Positions 62,451 through 64,000 of a stretch of 64,000 nt of DNA are shown here, piece by piece; within the stretch, counting starts at the first letter, position 1; the number at the start of each line of letters is the position of its first letter. The notes beneath the pieces were generated by a model, which saw only the letters and a list, made by a program, of their open reading frames with translations, made no database searches and was not told where the DNA came from. Location: the NCBI GenBank assembly GCA_035552595.1, contig DASZKZ010000056.1, positions 207 to 64,206 of the forward strand, in the 5' to 3' direction. The stretch comes from Candidatus Dormiibacterota bacterium (GTDB taxonomy: Bacteria; Chloroflexota; Dormibacteria; Aeolococcales; Aeolococcaceae). A program made the position numbers and the translations under genes.

Positions 62451-64000
62451 TGGCGGCGAACCTCTTCAAGGGTTCGCGGGGCCCCGTCGCCAACGACTCC
62501 CGATTCCTTCTCGATGTCCATCGTCGCGACCTGCCCGGTGAGGACACCATGCGCCGCTTCGACGACAGCGATGAGGTCGATCTCTGCATCGTCGGCGCCG
62601 GCGCCGGTGGTTCGGTGCTTGGGCAGCGCCTGGCGCGGCGCGGCTGGCGCATCGTCATCCTCGAGGCCGGGCCCTTCTGGCACCCCGACGAGGATTGGGT
62701 CAGCGACGAGGCCGGGTCACACCACCTCTACTGGACCGAGAAACGAATCATCGGGGGCGCCGACCCGATCGAGCTCGGCAAGAACAACAGCGGTCGCGGG
62801 GTGGGCGGCTCGATGGTCCACTACGCGGGCTACACCCCGCGCTTCCACCCATCGGACTTCGAGACCCAGCGACGCGACGGGGTCGGTGCCGACTGGCCGC
62901 TGAGCTACTCCGAGCTGCGCGACCACTACCAGCGGGTGGAGCGTGAGCTCCCCGTGGCCGGGCAGAGCTGGCCATGGGGCGATCCGCACACCTATCCGTT
63001 CTCGCCGCATCCGGTCAGCGGAGCCGCCTCGGCGATCTGGAAGGGTGCCCTGGCCTGCGGCATCGAGATGCGCGCCGGTCCGGTCGGAATCGTCAACGGC
63101 ACCTTCGGCAACCGTCCCCACTGCATCTACCGCGGCTACTGCCTGCAGGGCTGCAAGGTCAACGCCAAGGCCAGCCCCTATGTGACCCATCTTCCCGACG
63201 CGCTCGAGCACGGTGTCGAGGTGCGCGCCGGCAGCATGGCGCTGCGCGTGGAGATCGACGATGCCACCGGGCTGGCGCTGGGTGTGGTGTACGCGGGCGA
63301 GGACGGTGGCGGCGAGCGCCTGCAGCGCTCCCGGTTGGTGGCGGTGTGCGGGTACTCGATCGAGACGCCGCGCCTGCTGCTCAACTCCGTGTCACGGCGG
63401 TTTCCCCGCGGCCTCTGCAACACCGAGGACCAGGTGGGCCGCTACGTGATGGTGCAGGGCGCGACCCAGACCGCGGGACGCTACCCCGACGAGATGCGCA
63501 TGTACAAGGCGCCGCCGCCGGAGGTGTCCTCAGAGGTGTTCTACGAGACCGACCACTCCCGCGGCTTCGCCCGTGGCTTCAGCATCCAGACGGTGTCACC
63601 GCTGCCCATCGGCTGGGCTGAGCATGTGCTCGCCGAGGGCCATTGGGGTCGCGCCCTCCGGGAGTACATGCGCGACTACAACCATTGGGCCACGGTGGGC
63701 GTGCTCAACGAGCTGCTCGCCCTCCCCGACAACCGGGTCACGCTGGCCGAGGAGAGCGACCGCCATGGCATGCCCATCGCCCGCTTCGACTACACGCTCT
63801 GTGACAACGACCGGGCCAACATCGCCTACTCGGCGCGGGTGATCCACGACATCGTGCTCGCCTCCGGAGCGCAGGACGTGCTCAGCATCCAGCGCTTCGC
63901 CCACCTCATCGGCGGATGCCGCATGGGCACCGGCCCCGAGAACAGCGTGGTGTCCAGGGATCACCAGTCATGGGCGGTCCCCAACCTGTTCGTGTCCGAC
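62450..64000 (+). CDS. GMC-family flavoprotein oxidoreductase (gluconate 2-dehydrogenase alpha-like), 3'-truncated by the window edge
   Basis: This frame is absent from the ORF track because it has no stop. My hand translation gives MAANLFKG..DLCIVGAGAGGSVLGQRLARRGWRIVILEAGPFW..CIYRGYCLQGCKVNAKAS... The ATG shares one base with the upstream stop (TGATG). The frame stays open to base 64000. Confidence 0.8.
   Translation, partial: MAANLFKGSRGPVANDSRFLLDVHRRDLPGEDTMRRFDDSDEVDLCIVGAGAGGSVLGQRLARRGWRIVILEAGPFWHPDEDWVSDEAGSHHLYWTEKRIIGGADPIELGKNNSGRGVGGSMVHYAGYTPRFHPSDFETQRRDGVGADWPLSYSELRDHYQRVERELPVAGQSWPWGDPHTYPFSPHPVSGAASAIWKGALACGIEMRAGPVGIVNGTFGNRPHCIYRGYCLQGCKVNAKASPYVTHLPDALEHGVEVRAGSMALRVEIDDATGLALGVVYAGEDGGGERLQRSRLVAVCGYSIETPRLLLNSVSRRFPRGLCNTEDQVGRYVMVQGATQTAGRYPDEMRMYKAPPPEVSSEVFYETDHSRGFARGFSIQTVSPLPIGWAEHVLAEGHWGRALREYMRDYNHWATVGVLNELLALPDNRVTLAEESDRHGMPIARFDYTLCDNDRANIAYSARVIHDIVLASGAQDVLSIQRFAHLIGGCRMGTGPENSVVSRDHQSWAVPNLFVSD

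Noticed and set aside
1-64000. CRISPR arrays, tRNA/rRNA genes, IS elements, integrases, prophage genes, toxin-antitoxin or defence modules
   Set aside because: Reading both strands, I saw no direct-repeat/spacer periodicity, no tRNA-like T-arm (GGTTCGAATCC type), no transposase or recombinase motifs, and no nuclease or ATPase defence signatures. The window appears to be purely metabolic, transport and envelope genes.

Overview
High-GC (about 70%) bacterial chromosomal window, possibly actinobacterial, though I cannot establish the taxon. Nearly all of it is coding, and many genes are joined by 4-nt GTGA/ATGA start-stop overlaps. I found no rRNA, tRNA, CRISPR array, transposase, phage gene or recognisable defence module. 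Positions 1-48 kb form an unusually dense organic-acid and acyl-CoA catabolic island. It holds five MmgE/PrpD-family paralogs and three family-III CoA-transferases. It also holds two enolase-superfamily enzymes, two isocitrate/isopropylmalate-dehydrogenase-family enzymes and a split B12 acyl-CoA mutase with a MeaB chaperone. Further members are a HyuA/HyuB ATP-dependent hydrolase or carboxylase pair, a long CitE-like lyase, a MaoC hydratase and an isocitrate-lyase/PEP-mutase-family lyase. There is also a TPP enzyme, a Tam-like methyltransferase, a Liv-type ABC importer, two MFS transporters and two GntR regulators. The most unusual unit is a coupled operon at 28.9-33.7 kb. It combines a DRE-TIM (isopropylmalate/homocitrate synthase-like) protein whose three canonical metal ligands all appear substituted, an IPMDH-family dehydrogenase, an amidohydrolase-fold protein and a PrpD paralog, with another PrpD paralog divergent from it. 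An AT-rich motif (CGATA-N3-TATAT, 12 nt identical at two sites) recurs in four promoter regions of the island. The 3' third (48-64 kb) holds several smaller units:
- a K-channel-like protein with a non-canonical filter
- a DUF5996-like pair
- an ABC-2 exporter
- a cluster of methyltransferase, prenyltransferase-like protein, methyltransferase and GT4 glycosyltransferase
- a membrane redox operon (small secreted protein, ferric-reductase-like TM protein, NuoF-like flavoprotein, ferredoxin)
- a PoxB-like TPP enzyme followed by gluconate-2-dehydrogenase-like subunits

All family calls come from reading the supplied translations and recalling motifs. No database search was run.
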